Assembly: GCA_035084275.1 (NCBI GenBank)
Contig: CM068756.1
Location: 1,116,001 to 1,180,000 of the forward strand
Direction: 5' to 3'
Source: Hydrolagus colliei
Lineage: Eukaryota
Length of the DNA: 64,000 nt
Of this stretch, positions 11,820 to 24,372 are shown in pieces (position 1 is the first letter of the stretch; each line of letters starts with the position of its first letter). A program made the position numbers and the translations under genes. Below the pieces are notes generated by a model. The model ran no database searches, was not told the origin of the DNA, and saw only the letters and a program-made list of their open reading frames with translations.

Positions 11820-14800
11820 ATTTACATATTCTAGTCGTAGGGAAAATGCAAATGAATGCATTTGCATAATGGATTCCTGTCATAGCTTCAGCTCCTTTCT
11901 GTGCCTCCTATTCAGCGAGCTTTCGTAAGCCAAAGCAAGTTCTTTAACTGAAAAAAGGATTTTATATTGTAGAGCGCGTCTGCAATTTTTAAAGGAAATT
12001 CCTTCAGTAACCATCAGAAATTAGCTAAGCAAAGTAGGTATCTATTTTTCCAGCTCTTAGGTTTTTTTTCCCTTCGATCTTAATTGCAGGAAACAACTTT
12101 GCTTTAATGAGGTACTTTATTTAAATTAAGCACCTGAGCCAATTAGTCAGCTCTGACCTTGTCTTACAAACCAAGGAGGTTACAGTATAGTATTTAAAAA
12201 ATGTAAAGCCTCTCCCTTTCGCCTTATCTTTTCAAATGTTAGGTAAAGCGGTATGCTGATAATTACTTAATCAAATATGACAGAAGGGACTAATTTACTG
12301 ATTACAATAAAGCCCGAGGGTGTTATGACAAAAATTTCTCTACAACTTCACTCCAGCTTTTATTTAAATGGGCTTTGATTATTTATAACAAAATATCATT
12401 GCAACATATTGTAGCAGATGAGACTGTAAAACGTCGTCTCCCATCAGCTATAGTCCAATAAGCAGCCAATGCTGTTGCTGCTGCTGCGGGCTTTCCTGCG
12501 CCAGCACGGCAGTAATGCCAAGCTATTGGTGTGTTTACCCTTTGGGAATGTTAACTGTAATTCTTCAGCTTTTAAAATCAATTAACCCTTATGTTAATTA
12601 GTGTCAAGTCTATAGAAAGCCGCCGCAAATGGCAAGAGCTGGCACAGTGCCATCCATTCACTGGCAGCGCCACAGCTCTCTTGATAACAGCGGGTATGTT
12701 AGGGCCCGTATGTGCGTCTGTCAGAACTGTTGAGCCAAGGGAGATTATCCAGACCCCTACAGCAAACACGAAGTCATATCTGAAGGCGCAACTGGCAGGA
12801 TTACCATGCGCTCCACTGTAAATCCTTCCTCAGAGGACATGTTTCAAGTTGAAAACAAGGATGCGTGCACTGTCTGTGTTTAATCATCTTTTGCTTGGCC
12901 GTGCAGAAGCGACTGCGGATACTTTTTCCCCTCGAAGACAAAAGCCGCCATGGCATCGACTGCCGTTCCGAAAGATGCCAGGAGATGAAAAAAATAGCAG
13001 CGACGACATGATGCCAGGGGCAATACTGCCAACTGTCAAAGCACGAACCAGTGTTTTGTTCGATGTTGATTTGTTTTCTATTCAAGTTCGTTTACAAAAA
13101 CAATACCAACAAAAAACAAAGGAGCTACTTCGGAGTAACCCTTTCTGCCTGATGCCATGGGGAATGGCAGTGAAGCAGGCATATTATGTCTGCGTGGTAC
13201 TGCCAGTTGCCAGAGAAGCTGCAAGCAAATGTGCATAATTATGCCTTTCGTGTTTTAAAAAAGGAAATAAAAGCAATTTTGGAGCTCACATAGTCACTGA
13301 CAGGATACTGAAGATTTACTGTTTAATCTGGAGCGTGTTTTTTAACCATCAATTGACCCAGGTACACAAGGAAAATAAGAATCATACTCTTGCAGCAGGC
13401 AGGCAGCCTGAGATTTATCTGCATTCAGTGCTATCACCAGGGAGATGAATGGGCCGATCTGTAGCCTTTTACAAGATCCACTATGGGAATGAAGGAGGAG
13501 GGATGCCACAGAGACGTGTACAAACTTGAAGTGAGAAGGTTTGAAGGTGCTACTTGGATAAATCCTGTGGTACATTTTATGGGAAAATGAAATGTTCCCC
13601 TCCGGAACGGAAGGGTGGCTTTTACTTACGGTGGAAGTGTTGCCGTGGATCCCGAAAGGTGTTCAGTTGGCATCGCTCGCACCGTGGCAGACGCGAGCTG
13701 AAAACAAAAGGAACAAAAAGTACAAAAGGAATTTTAAAAATAATTACGTGTGGATTTTACAAAACAATACAAAACAGCAGTGCGTAATGGATGTACTTCT
13801 GCAACTTCCTCAAGTGCCATCACACATATGATACAAGCTGTGCACACTGCAGAGCCAACCTGCTGGTAACGGATTTTAACCTGGCATCTTCTGGGCAATT
13901 TTCTAATGAGCTGGATTTACTGTCTTTTAATGTGAGTTCTCCTTTTGGAATATATGCTTGCGAATGTAGACGGTGGAGGTTTTTTTTTATTAACAAGGCG
14001 ATTGTGTTGTTAGAAGAATCTTCGAGCGTTCGACTGGAGTACAATGGCAGCGACGCCTGTGAAAACCGATGTTCAGGGGAAACAGCTCTGCAGAGGGATA
14101 ACGCTAAATGGGTCACGGGCTCTACCAGCTGCTAGATTCCATACGCCGCAATCAAAGTGAATGTTCTAAAATTATTACAGTCAAACAGTCATGTGGTGGC
14201 AGTTAACGTCCCCAGTGTTTAATCATCTTACAGTAGAATGGTTTTATGCATATTTCATTTGCATATCATTAAGCTGGTTAAGCATGGAGTATTCAGAGTG
14301 GGATGAATACAATGCGAGCCTCATATGATCCATATCAGAGAAGCTGGCCTGCTCAATGGACTGTCTGCTTTTTTTTTCTTTTAATCCCCTGACTTGGTTA
14401 CATCTCAAACAGATCGACTGAAAATCATTGTGGATACAGCTAATTTTATCACAACGGCATATTTAAAATTGCAGAATGATCCTCCAGAATTTAAGTGAAA
14501 ATTCTGTAAATTCCACTGCTACGGAAAAAAATTGCTCTACGGGGATTCACTGCTAATAATTCCTTAAACTCTATAGAAATGGAAACTTTATTTTTTTTAA
14601 AAAAAGGGTGTCGGAAATGAAGATCAAGTGAAATCGTGGATCATTACCTTGTAATGTTTGTTTGCATAAAAAGTACGCGAGCTTGGGTATCAACTATTTC
14701 TGCAAAAAATTAGTGTGCATCTGATTTTGATAGCCACGATGCAACCATTAATGTGATTAATCAATTATTTCAGTCTGAAAGCCTTTTATGCATACACAAC

Positions 14801-15650
14801 AGATACAGTGGGGTCTTTGTCACTTTCATACATGAATAACATAGTAATCGCAAGCCTTTGTTTGTCTTCTCAATGGTTTAATTCATTCCCCCAACATTGC
14901 CTAGTTCTGGCAGATAATCAAAATTACTTCCTGGGAAAACTGAAAAGACAATTAAGCATGGAAATCTGTTGCTGATGTACAACGCATGAATTCATTTGGA
15001 AATTAGGCCACTTTGTTCCTTCCCTCACTCTCCCTTTTGTTTCCAATATTAATATTCAAATGAGATACGCCGTGACTCTACTGTACAATTAGCTGGCGAA
15101 AAAAGCCACAGACAGTGCTGACTGCGACATTTTGTGCAGTGAACATGCAGATGTCGCTGTTGTTCTTTGCATGGGTATAATGATATGCAATCGAATAGCG
15201 GGCACCACTTGGATACAATATTTTACATTTCATTGCCAGAAATCTCTGCTTTTTCTTCTGGAGGAATGCCTTCGTAAATGTAGCTCGAGTCAAACGGTGT
15301 TGGAATCCTGGAACGTTTGGAATTATAAGCATAATGACATAAACGTGCATGCAGTCATCTATTATAGTCCTGAATAGTACCAATTCAACTGTCTTTGAAT
15401 GGATTATCAATGCGGATAACCTTTTTCCATTACTGCATATTTGATCTACTTTACATACATAACTGAATTACAGGGAAAAAAAATCTCCAACGGCTTTCAC
15501 TAATTTACCCAACGGATATGATCTCTCAGTCACTGATGACTTTAACACCGTTGGTATTCAGGGCACCACATTCACTACTGTTGGTAAGAAGGTACTTATT
15601 TATATGCATGCACTGACTTTGCGTCTTTGTGGACTGTCAAATTCTGTGCA
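11820..15650 (+). ncRNA. Putative large structured non-coding RNA (hairpin-dense block A), antisense in an intron
   Basis: More than 20 nested or adjacent helices, e.g. 12455-12529, 12633-12683, 12713-12790, 13054-13122, 13563-13730, 13862-14129, 15067-15300. G.U wobbles favour the + strand. Raised GC/CpG, no recognisable transposon and no credible long ORF. Ends are approximate and transcription is not shown. Confidence 0.55.
11846..11867. promoter_or_regulatory. Inverted pair of POU octamers
   Basis: ATGCAAAT-GAATGC-ATTTGCAT, a perfect 9-bp inverted repeat with a 4-nt spacer. Confidence 0.45.
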
Positions 15651-16121
15651 AATGAAAAGTTAACACTTGAAACCTTAATGACATCTATATTCTCTAGCTT
15701 TGAATAATATTTGGAACGTTTCTTATTAACACACAAAAGACCTGCATATTTAATGAATGGTTTTTCAACAGTAGCAGCCTCAATGTATTTGATATTCTAT
15801 GACATTTTGTACTGTGGGAAATAGCTTCTATTTATATTTTTATGCAGAAGTCTAACATTAGCCATTAATAATTCTGAGTGTTATTGTATTTAAGATGGAA
15901 TAAATAGAAGCGGTTGTACTCTTTGTGAAGCAAGTTTTTAAGCAAGATTAATGCCCTAAGCATTCCTCCTGATATAATGAGTGAATATTTGAAATAATAT
16001 TAATTAAGGTAATGTTTGAGGGATGCAAAATATTGTTTAAAGAAAGGGCAGCTTTAAAAAATGTGCTTTATATGCAGTCTATTAATAACAGTTACAACCA
16101 ATCTACATACCACAGGCTAAG

Positions 16122-16350
16122 TACAACAATAACAAAATTACATTTATGGAGAGCCTTTAACGTCAGGAGGACGTCCAAAGGCGCTGTGCAATCAAATTGG
16201 GACCTGAGCAAGGGGGAGGGGCAGGGTAGGGGGCAGGGGGAGAGTTAGGGGAGGAAGGAGAAGCAGAAGGCACGATCAAAAAGGAGGGTGTTGAGACCGG
16301 CATTGAAGGAGGCAAGGGAGGAAGTGAGGCGAACTGACTGTGGGATGGAG
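16122..16350 (-). mobile_element. L2 LINE 3' fragment
   Basis: Same tail and RT C-terminus as 25747-26036. Confidence 0.75.
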
Positions 16351-16689
16351 ATTTATGCATATAAAAAAAACTAAAACAAGTGTCCAGAAGAACACTATTC
16401 TCAACATCTTATGAACTTTTGGATTAAAAAAGTTGTCAAAGTGTTATTTTTCATCAGTAGATACAAAATATATATAAAAGTCTATATCAATCAAAATATT
16501 CAATAACAAATGAGTATAAACAATTTGCATTTGTACAGTGTCTTCCACAAAACAGAAAAGCTTCACGAATAGTATGCAACAAGCAGGGACATTAAAAAAA
16601 ACGATATTGATAAAATGTATAGTCAAAGAGATTGATTTTTGTATACATTTACGAGGCTGTCAGATTTATAACAAGGAAAAGTGGTTTTG

Positions 16690-17115
16690 TGAGAAAGTTC
16701 CACATGACAGGAGCGTGGTGGCTGAAGACTCAGTCAGTGATGATGGAGCTGAGGGAGTAGTGAATGAGCAATAGACCAGCGTGAAAAACAAGGCCTCATG
16801 AAATGTTGGAGAATATTGCTTGTGTAGCATGTTGCAAGAACTGTGGAACAATTTGAAGATCACCAGGTTGCCTAGCTTAAACTCAAACTTCTGACGTACT
16901 AGGAGTCAATGGAGCCTGGAGAGAAATGGAGTAATAGGTGAGTAATAGGTGTACAACGCCTAATGTTTTGGATCAGTTGAGTCTGCTAAACATTATGATG
17001 GCACAGATAAGGGTTTTTAACAGCAGTGAAGGTGAGGTAATAGCTTAAGCAGATAATGTTCTGGAGGTGAAAAAGTTGCCTTGGTGACGGACCAGATAGT
17101 TGGCTTGAATTGTAG
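16690..17115 (-). mobile_element. Decayed L2 RT fragment
   Basis: Degenerate similarity to the L2 copies at 40300-40610 and 34900-35200. Confidence 0.45.
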
Positions 17116-17145
17116 CTCAGTGCAAGTTATAGTTTTCTTTTTAAA

Positions 17146-17258
17146 GATTATTATTAGCTGTGTGGAGTAAGGAAATTTGCTCAAGGTTTTGCCCTGACCT
17201 GCCTGGATTCAAAACACACTCACGCTTGCAAGGCGAGTGCTCTAACCACTGAGCTGAC
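17146..17258 (-). mobile_element. SINE 5' (tRNA-like head) fragment
   Basis: TTGCAAGGCGAGTGCTCTAACCACTGAGCT matches the heads of the 4243 and 48386 copies. Confidence 0.7.
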
Positions 17259-17323
17259 ACTGTCCACCTTAACCTGAGTAACGCAAAGAAAGAAGCCTGG
17301 GAAGTTGATGGAATCAGAACGAG

Positions 17324-17349
17324 AGTCAGTCAGTCAGTCAGTCAGTCAG
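17324..17349. repeat. (AGTC)n microsatellite
   Basis: About 6 tandem AGTC units. Confidence 0.9.
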
Positions 17350-19320
17350 AATAACAAGAGCCCTGAAAACAAGCGACATAGCAAAAAGATAGAAGTCTTT
17401 ATCCTCCTCAACATACACAGGAAAGCATAACCCCATGCTTATAGATGATGTCAGGAAGAAGCTGTGTGTAGATTTGGAAATATGAGGGCCAACAATAGAG
17501 TCATAATACAGGTGTCTGTGGGAAAAAATTTGGATTGCTTTAATTTCAGAATGATCCGATAGTAAATATTTTCATCAATATTAAAATAACATACTGCTGA
17601 TGGTCAACCCTTATCACACCTGATTTAGAAAGGAATAAAAATATTATGTTTAGGAATTCAGAGAATTGTGAAAAGGCAATTTCAAGTTATTATTGGCAGA
17701 TCCCAACAATACCAAATTATGCAATCTCAATGCATTTACTGTATTTTGCCCCATACTGTACAGGAGCTGGCAATGGAATATCACTAGGATTACAGAAGAT
17801 CTTTTTTAAGACACTTGTGGCATTCAAGCATCTAGAATTTATATTGAATTCTTAGAAAATTTTCCATTGATTTTCCATGCAATTTTCCATACTTCTTGGA
17901 GCATGACATTTTGAAACGTAAAGTTTCATCCCGTAAAATACTTGTTCCAGTTTGGTAGAAATAGTTTTTCAAGGTGTTATACAAAATGTTATTTATTGTT
18001 ATTTACATAAGAGCATAATAAAGTTCAGAACCTGTCAAACAAAAGTGCCAAATGAATAATTAACTGCCAAAGTTTAGTGAACAGAAATTAATACAATTTC
18101 TTGAAAAATGCCCGCGAGTAACTTTTGAGTTTTTCTTCATTATTAGGCAAGAGTGGGGAGGGGAGGGAATGTTTGTTGAAACAAAAATACTTGTAGAATA
18201 ACTATTTTAACAATTAGTTAATTTCTAAATAAATAGACACGTGCTGTGTGCGTGTGTGAATACACGTTTCGTTCTACACTTATAATGGGACAATTCTGTA
18301 ATATATTAACTAAATTGATGACCACATTCATCTAGAATATAGCAATCCGCACTGTATTTGATTTCAGAACATTCAATTTGTGAAGTTTTAATGCCATAAA
18401 GAACAATCCACAAGTAATTGGTTGTACTTCATGGTCTTAACCAATTCCTTGCAAAACAAAGACTCATAAAATAAATATTTGTTAAGATATAAAATTCTAG
18501 TTAACATCAACAAGGGCACTCCCCCCACCCCCCGCCAGTAACAACTTTCCCTCAAACAAAGTTCCTGGCAACAAGATTCCCAGATCATAAACTGGCAGGA
18601 GATATCCTAAATGCTACAAATTGGCTCACATTTGGAATCAAAACAGTAAATTGCCTCCTTCTAGCATGAAAAGTGCTATAAAAATCTAATTTTGTTGTTG
18701 TTGTAAAGTTCTGACAAATGGACACTCATCAGTAAATATATAAGAAACTCAAACTCTGGTGCATAAGTCTTACCAAAATGTATGCTTTTATGATGCCGCA
18801 GGCATGGAGTTATGCATCAGTATGATTGAGATTTTACTAGCTAGCATAAAAGTGATAAATAAGACTTCACATGGTGTAATATACTGAATTACATAGCACT
18901 CCCCAGTGACTCAATCTAGATGGAACGAACTCTTACAAACTCCACAATTGTTGTAATTTATTCATGTATAGCTTTGTTTTGTATTTATACAATAGACTCA
19001 TAGAGCTTAAGAGTTCTGGTCAGCATTTTGCTATTTTTCTCTTTACTCACTGCCTGGCCTTCCATTATTCACTGACTATCTGGAGAACTTGGCCAAACCC
19101 AACATTAGAAAAATATAACATTCGTCAGTATTCTGAATGTTCTGTGTGCTTGTGGTTCACACACCACTATTGAACCTGTGGAATACCCATGTCTACTGTT
19201 TAGGATCTGAATCCCAAATTCATACAAACGACTGCCAATGGCAAATTAGTTTTGTTTCGTGGGAAACAATGGATACATAAAAGACGAATGGTATATAAAA
19301 CAGTAATTTAAACAGCAAAC

Positions 19321-19443
19321 CTGTGCTGGTCTGCTTTGCTGGATGATTGATCTAACGTTGCCAGTGGCCACCTTTAAGTTCCTGTTCTCTTCTTCCAGTC
19401 TTAGAAGTTCACTCTCAGAAAACTGAAACCTGATTCTGAAATC
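19321..19443 (-). CDS. Internal coding exon (DFRIRFQFSESELLRLEEENRNLKVATGNVRSIIQQSRPAQ)
   Basis: Acceptor TCTTTTTTCTAAG|GAT and donor CAG|GTTTGC. 123 nt, phase 0 to 0, with coiled-coil-like ELLRLEEENRNLK. Confidence 0.8.
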
Positions 19444-19573
19444 CTTAGAAAAAAGATAATTAAAAGTATATATTAAAAATACACTGATAATATAACCCAC
19501 AAAGCAGTTTTCACAATTGTAGAATGTTAGTCATTTAATTTTCCTAAAAGTGAAGAAACAGAACCAAATTAAT

Positions 19574-19725
19574 TAATAATAATTATTGCATTTGATAGAG
19601 CACCTTATCGTGCCTTTGAGACATCTGAAAGTGCTTCACAGAATATATTGTAAAGTGAATTCACTGTATTTTGTGGGCGAATTATGGCAGCCGATTGTCC
19701 CGCAAACAGTTGTGAATTGAGTGAT
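19574..19725 (-). mobile_element. SINE 3' half
   Basis: AATAATAAT...TGCATTTGATAG...GCTTCACAGAATAT matches the 4243 copy. Confidence 0.75.
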
Positions 19726-22700
19726 CTTTTTGAAAGCTCTTATCTTTCAAGACTTTTGCTTGGTGAACAACAACAAAAAATCTTTATTGTAGGCGGGGTT
19801 GGGGGCACAGCATAGATAGAAACATTTCCCTCTGGTACAGGAATGTAAAATAATAGAACGTAATCTTAAAATCAGAGCTAAACTAGTCAAAAGTGTAATC
19901 AGAAAATATTTTGCGACAATGTGGTATTCACCACTTCAAACGTTTGTAGGTATCCAGCCAAATGAAATATTAAGAAAGAGGTAGGCATTTGGTAGACTTG
20001 AATATCAAGGGATATGGTGCAAGAACAGGGAAAGGTATTAAGTGCAAATTTGCCATTTCCTAATAAAATAGTGGCACAGACCCAAAAGAAAACTCCACCC
20101 ACAGATTCCCCCTTGATAGAGAACAATATTAAATAAAAAAACAAAGAATATCTTCTAAAAAAAAAGGTCATTTATATTTTAATCTAATAGTTCTCATTTT
20201 TTGTTAGTTTATCTAGAAATGTTTCTATTGCAATGGTAGAATTCCGTCAGTTCCATTGATTATGCTATAGCCTCGAAGTTGCTCAGTGTCAGGTACAGTA
20301 CAATGACAAGAGTCAACAGTGAACCAACCTATTGCCGCCTTGCACTGAACGCTGCCATGGAAACACAATGCAACACAAGAACAGGAATGAGCAGCTGCAG
20401 CTCCCTAAGGTGCATGACGAGAGAGGGTCAGAGGCATTTCAGTTTCTTTTAATAAATCTTTATAATTCACAAAACTTCTATTTTATTCAACAAATTTCTT
20501 GATTCCATAAAAAAACACACTAGTTCCCTTCATTCCAACTTATCAAACCCCTGATTACAAAGCATGAGAACATAAAATACTGATCCAACGTTAAAAAGTA
20601 ACTTCTCATATCGCAGATTTAAAAGGTTTAGGTAAAAAATGTTAACTGTAAAGTTTTGTTTAGAATAGTTGAACAAAGAATTGAAGCGCCCCAAGGATTT
20701 GCAAATTAGTTGTATCTAGAAATCCCGATCGAACACAATTTAGTCAAATTATGCATTGAACAGGATTTAACTGCATGGGAATGGTCAGCCGTAGCATTCC
20801 GAAACTAGGGAGTTCCTTTGGTTCCACATCAATTTGTAGCAGTTCACACTTACATCAAGATATACAATATCAATAAACAAATTTGATACGATGAACAAAC
20901 CTGAAAGAGACAGTTAGTCTTCTGGTGTTGTAAAAGTGATGATATGATCCTGGTCAATGGGGTGCTTCTCTGAGTTGTTGGTGAGGCACATTGTTGGGAC
21001 ACTGCAGGGGGAGCCCTATGTTACATCTTACCTATTCAATAACTGGTCTGGGAAATCTTGATACTGTCCATTAAGCATCAAGTGGAAAAATATTGTGACT
21101 TTTTTGTTAAGTATTCTGGGGGAGTCCAAATTCACAAGAAAATGAATATGTGAAATCCATTTTAAATTGTTCTTAAGATTAATTAACAATCTCACACTGT
21201 CTTGTAACACAGAGAAGACACACATCATCTCCATCCAACTTTCCTTCAAAAATGTAAAGTTTCATATTCTAATTTATTCCTTGACTAAACATTGCACAAT
21301 ATGTGTGCATATGTATAATGTTTGTTCACTTCAAGGAATGAAATAGATTATTGCACAATTATTTTAAAGGTAACTGTTCTGAAGATACTAATTTCAAATA
21401 AGAAAAAGATTCACGTTCACTCCCCCATAACTGAAAGATGGATTCAAACTCATCAGTGTGTCGAAGAGATTGGTAATTGAAGGAGAAGAATCTCTAGGGA
21501 GAAACAATTGTACAGTGTGCTTCAGAACAAGTCTGTCTAAAACTAGCAATAACGTTAGTTATTAAACTGATTAGCAAACTAAAGCCTTTTATATGGTGTG
21601 AATACAAATGCAGCAATCCCTCAGTCTAACATTTCCGAATGCATGCCAATGTAACAAGAATTAGTTATGGTTCTTAGATTTGAAAACTATATAAACCTGC
21701 CCTTCATCGGTACAAGTTTATCTATGGCTCCTGATGGAAATAGAAGTGAACTGCAGAAAAGTTTCACAGTTTACTTTTACAAATAATGCAACCATCAAAG
21801 GTACAGTTTGATTAGGTGCTCTAAAATGCTACCCTTGTGTGAAGGGCGTTATATAAATGTAAGTAGTTGTTGCATTCAAATTTTGATAAAGTAAAGTACA
21901 CCTTAAAGTGAGAACACAATTTCAGCCACAGTTTGTAGAGTATTCCCATCCTTGAAAACAGCATGAAGTCTACACAGCAAAAAATGTTCCAAATGCTATT
22001 ATCCATTTCATAACAATTCAATTGTAACAGCTGAGTTAGCATTTTCTGCAAACTAAGTAACCCTGGCAAAATCTAATCAAGTGACAGAGATAAAACTTGC
22101 TGAACTTACTACACAATCCTATCAAAAACATAGTCAACTCATTACTTTCCACTGTCATATAGCAAGCAGCAATAAATCAATACAGAAAAGCGTGCACGCT
22201 GCTCCTGGTGCGATAAGGATTCACATTATAGAAAGAGGAGGTTGATTTGTTAATAGGACATAATAGCAACCATTCATACCATGCATTAAATCAGATATTT
22301 CAGTTTCTATTTAATACAGCTGAGACAAAATTGGATTTTCTCAGCTCTCTGTAATTCTGACATCCATCATTTATTATTAAAGGGGTCAACCCGCAGCTGG
22401 ACAATAGTCCTTTATGAAAAACTATAAATAAAAAATATTAACCTTATTCATTTAACTACAAATATAGGCTTTTGGGGGTTTTCCAAATTATAAAACGAGA
22501 ATGGGGTGGTCTAGTTAATCATCATGTGAGCCTACCAGTAGTATTTGCAACTGAGCTATTAGAACAATTTCCATTTTCTTTTAAATTAAATTTATTCTGC
22601 ATCTAATTTCCAATACTTTTTTTTAAATCAATAAAATTTTACTGCTGATCTATTCCTCAGTTTTAGTATAGACTGATATAAAGTATTCTTTACCTCCAGA

Positions 22701-24372
22701 AAAGGTGTCTCTGATATTCAAGTCCTGGATGTTGCACACCAAATAAACTCCAGTTGTACTTTGATGTCCCACCCAAATAACAATGTACTGTAGTTTATTT
22801 AAAAATATTCTTACTGATTTGTTTCTATTGCCATTTTGTAAAAAAAAATCATTAATACATCAAACGTGAAATTCTCAATACATTATTTATTACTCTATAA
22901 TGTTTCATATAAATATCACATCAAAAGAGATTGAATATTGACTAATGGCAATATTTCACAGTGCTGCAATGATACCACTGTAATGGCCAAATAATGACCA
23001 CAAGTTAATGACAATTTTGTTAATGGCATTCCATTAGTCTTACAGCTAGGGACCAATAATGGAAATATTAATTGTCACCATTGTAGGGCTGTTATTTGGT
23101 AGCAATTAATTTAACCATTTCAGTACTTCTAATTTTTAAACAGAATTTGAAGTATTGAATGGAAAAAATCCCATTCGTTTTGTAAATGACTAAAGTAACC
23201 TTTGAAGTTGGCAGTGCGTAGGTGAAAATACAACAAAATAATTATTTCAGTCAACATTATTTCTTGTGCTCCACATGTCTCAGCTCTTCGACAGTGAGTA
23301 TTACACATTTGCAGAGAAACATCATGTAAATATTATCGACTGAAACCTACAAGTTGATCCAATATCCAAAACAGCTATGTTGGTTAAAGCAAGAGGGACT
23401 CCAGCAATACAGTAATTGTAAAATGAATAGATTTGTTTTCCAAAGTTGGCCTTGTTTGTTATTCCACAGTAAGCTTAGATTCATCTAAGATTCAGAAATC
23501 AGACATTTTCTAATTTACAAACTGATTTGCAAAACCTTTGGACATTGACTTGGAGAACATTTTAGATCAAGAAAACATTTTTGTTCAATAAAATGAAGAG
23601 GAAGTGAAAATATTATCCACAAAAACCTAGAGTGAATTGCCCCTGGAGCAGGAAAGGAGGAAGGAAATCAAACATTAATATAAAAAAATCTATGTTCTTT
23701 TTTCACAATTCAACCCAATGCAAATTTGGCTGCCTGAAAAAGGGTGCTGATGCAAAATAATTGCTATTGATATTCATTTTGCAAAAGGCTTCCTTTTGCC
23801 ACAGCAGTGTAGATAATGTCCTAACCAATGAGCCGTTGTTTGCTCAACTCCATAAAATACAAACAAGTGAGCAGATTTTTGACACTGTCTGCACAATTAT
23901 GAATAATTCTCACACAATAGATCTAGTGTTCTGTTTCAGATTATGTGAGGCAGCAAAGAATTTGTATAATGTCTTGGGTGATATGAAATTCAGACTTTCC
24001 ATTCACAAAGCTTTTGGAAGTGGTTTACTTATTGCTTTATCCTGATGCCAGGTTGGATGCATGGCAAAGTGATCATTGGTTATAATTCAGGTTTTTCACA
24101 AATTTAAGACATAAAAATGTCTAATTGTAATGATGCAGTGTAGATCTAACAACATAACAGATGTCGTTCACCTATAACATTCTAAAATGAATGCTGGTAT
24201 CAACTGGTACCTCAAGTATACATGATACATGATGCAAGCAACACAATGCCAGTCACATTAAAACACAAAATATGCAGAAAATTATGGGCACGCATTCAAG
24301 ATCAATTGTACTCTGTCCATTACCGCCCGTTTTTAATACAGATTTCAACAATTTGCATTTTATCAACTGTAC

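Noticed and set aside
12578-14135. Cluster of 63-129 aa ORFs on both strands in block A
   Set aside because: They overlap in conflicting frames, have no recognisable domain or splice pattern, and are explained by the higher GC content.
22140-22420. Short stems such as AGCTGAGA/TCTCAGCT (similar ones at ~3.0-3.4 kb and 33.2 kb)
   Set aside because: Isolated 7-9 bp stems are within chance expectation for AT-rich DNA. Noted as the background against which the reported blocks must be tested.
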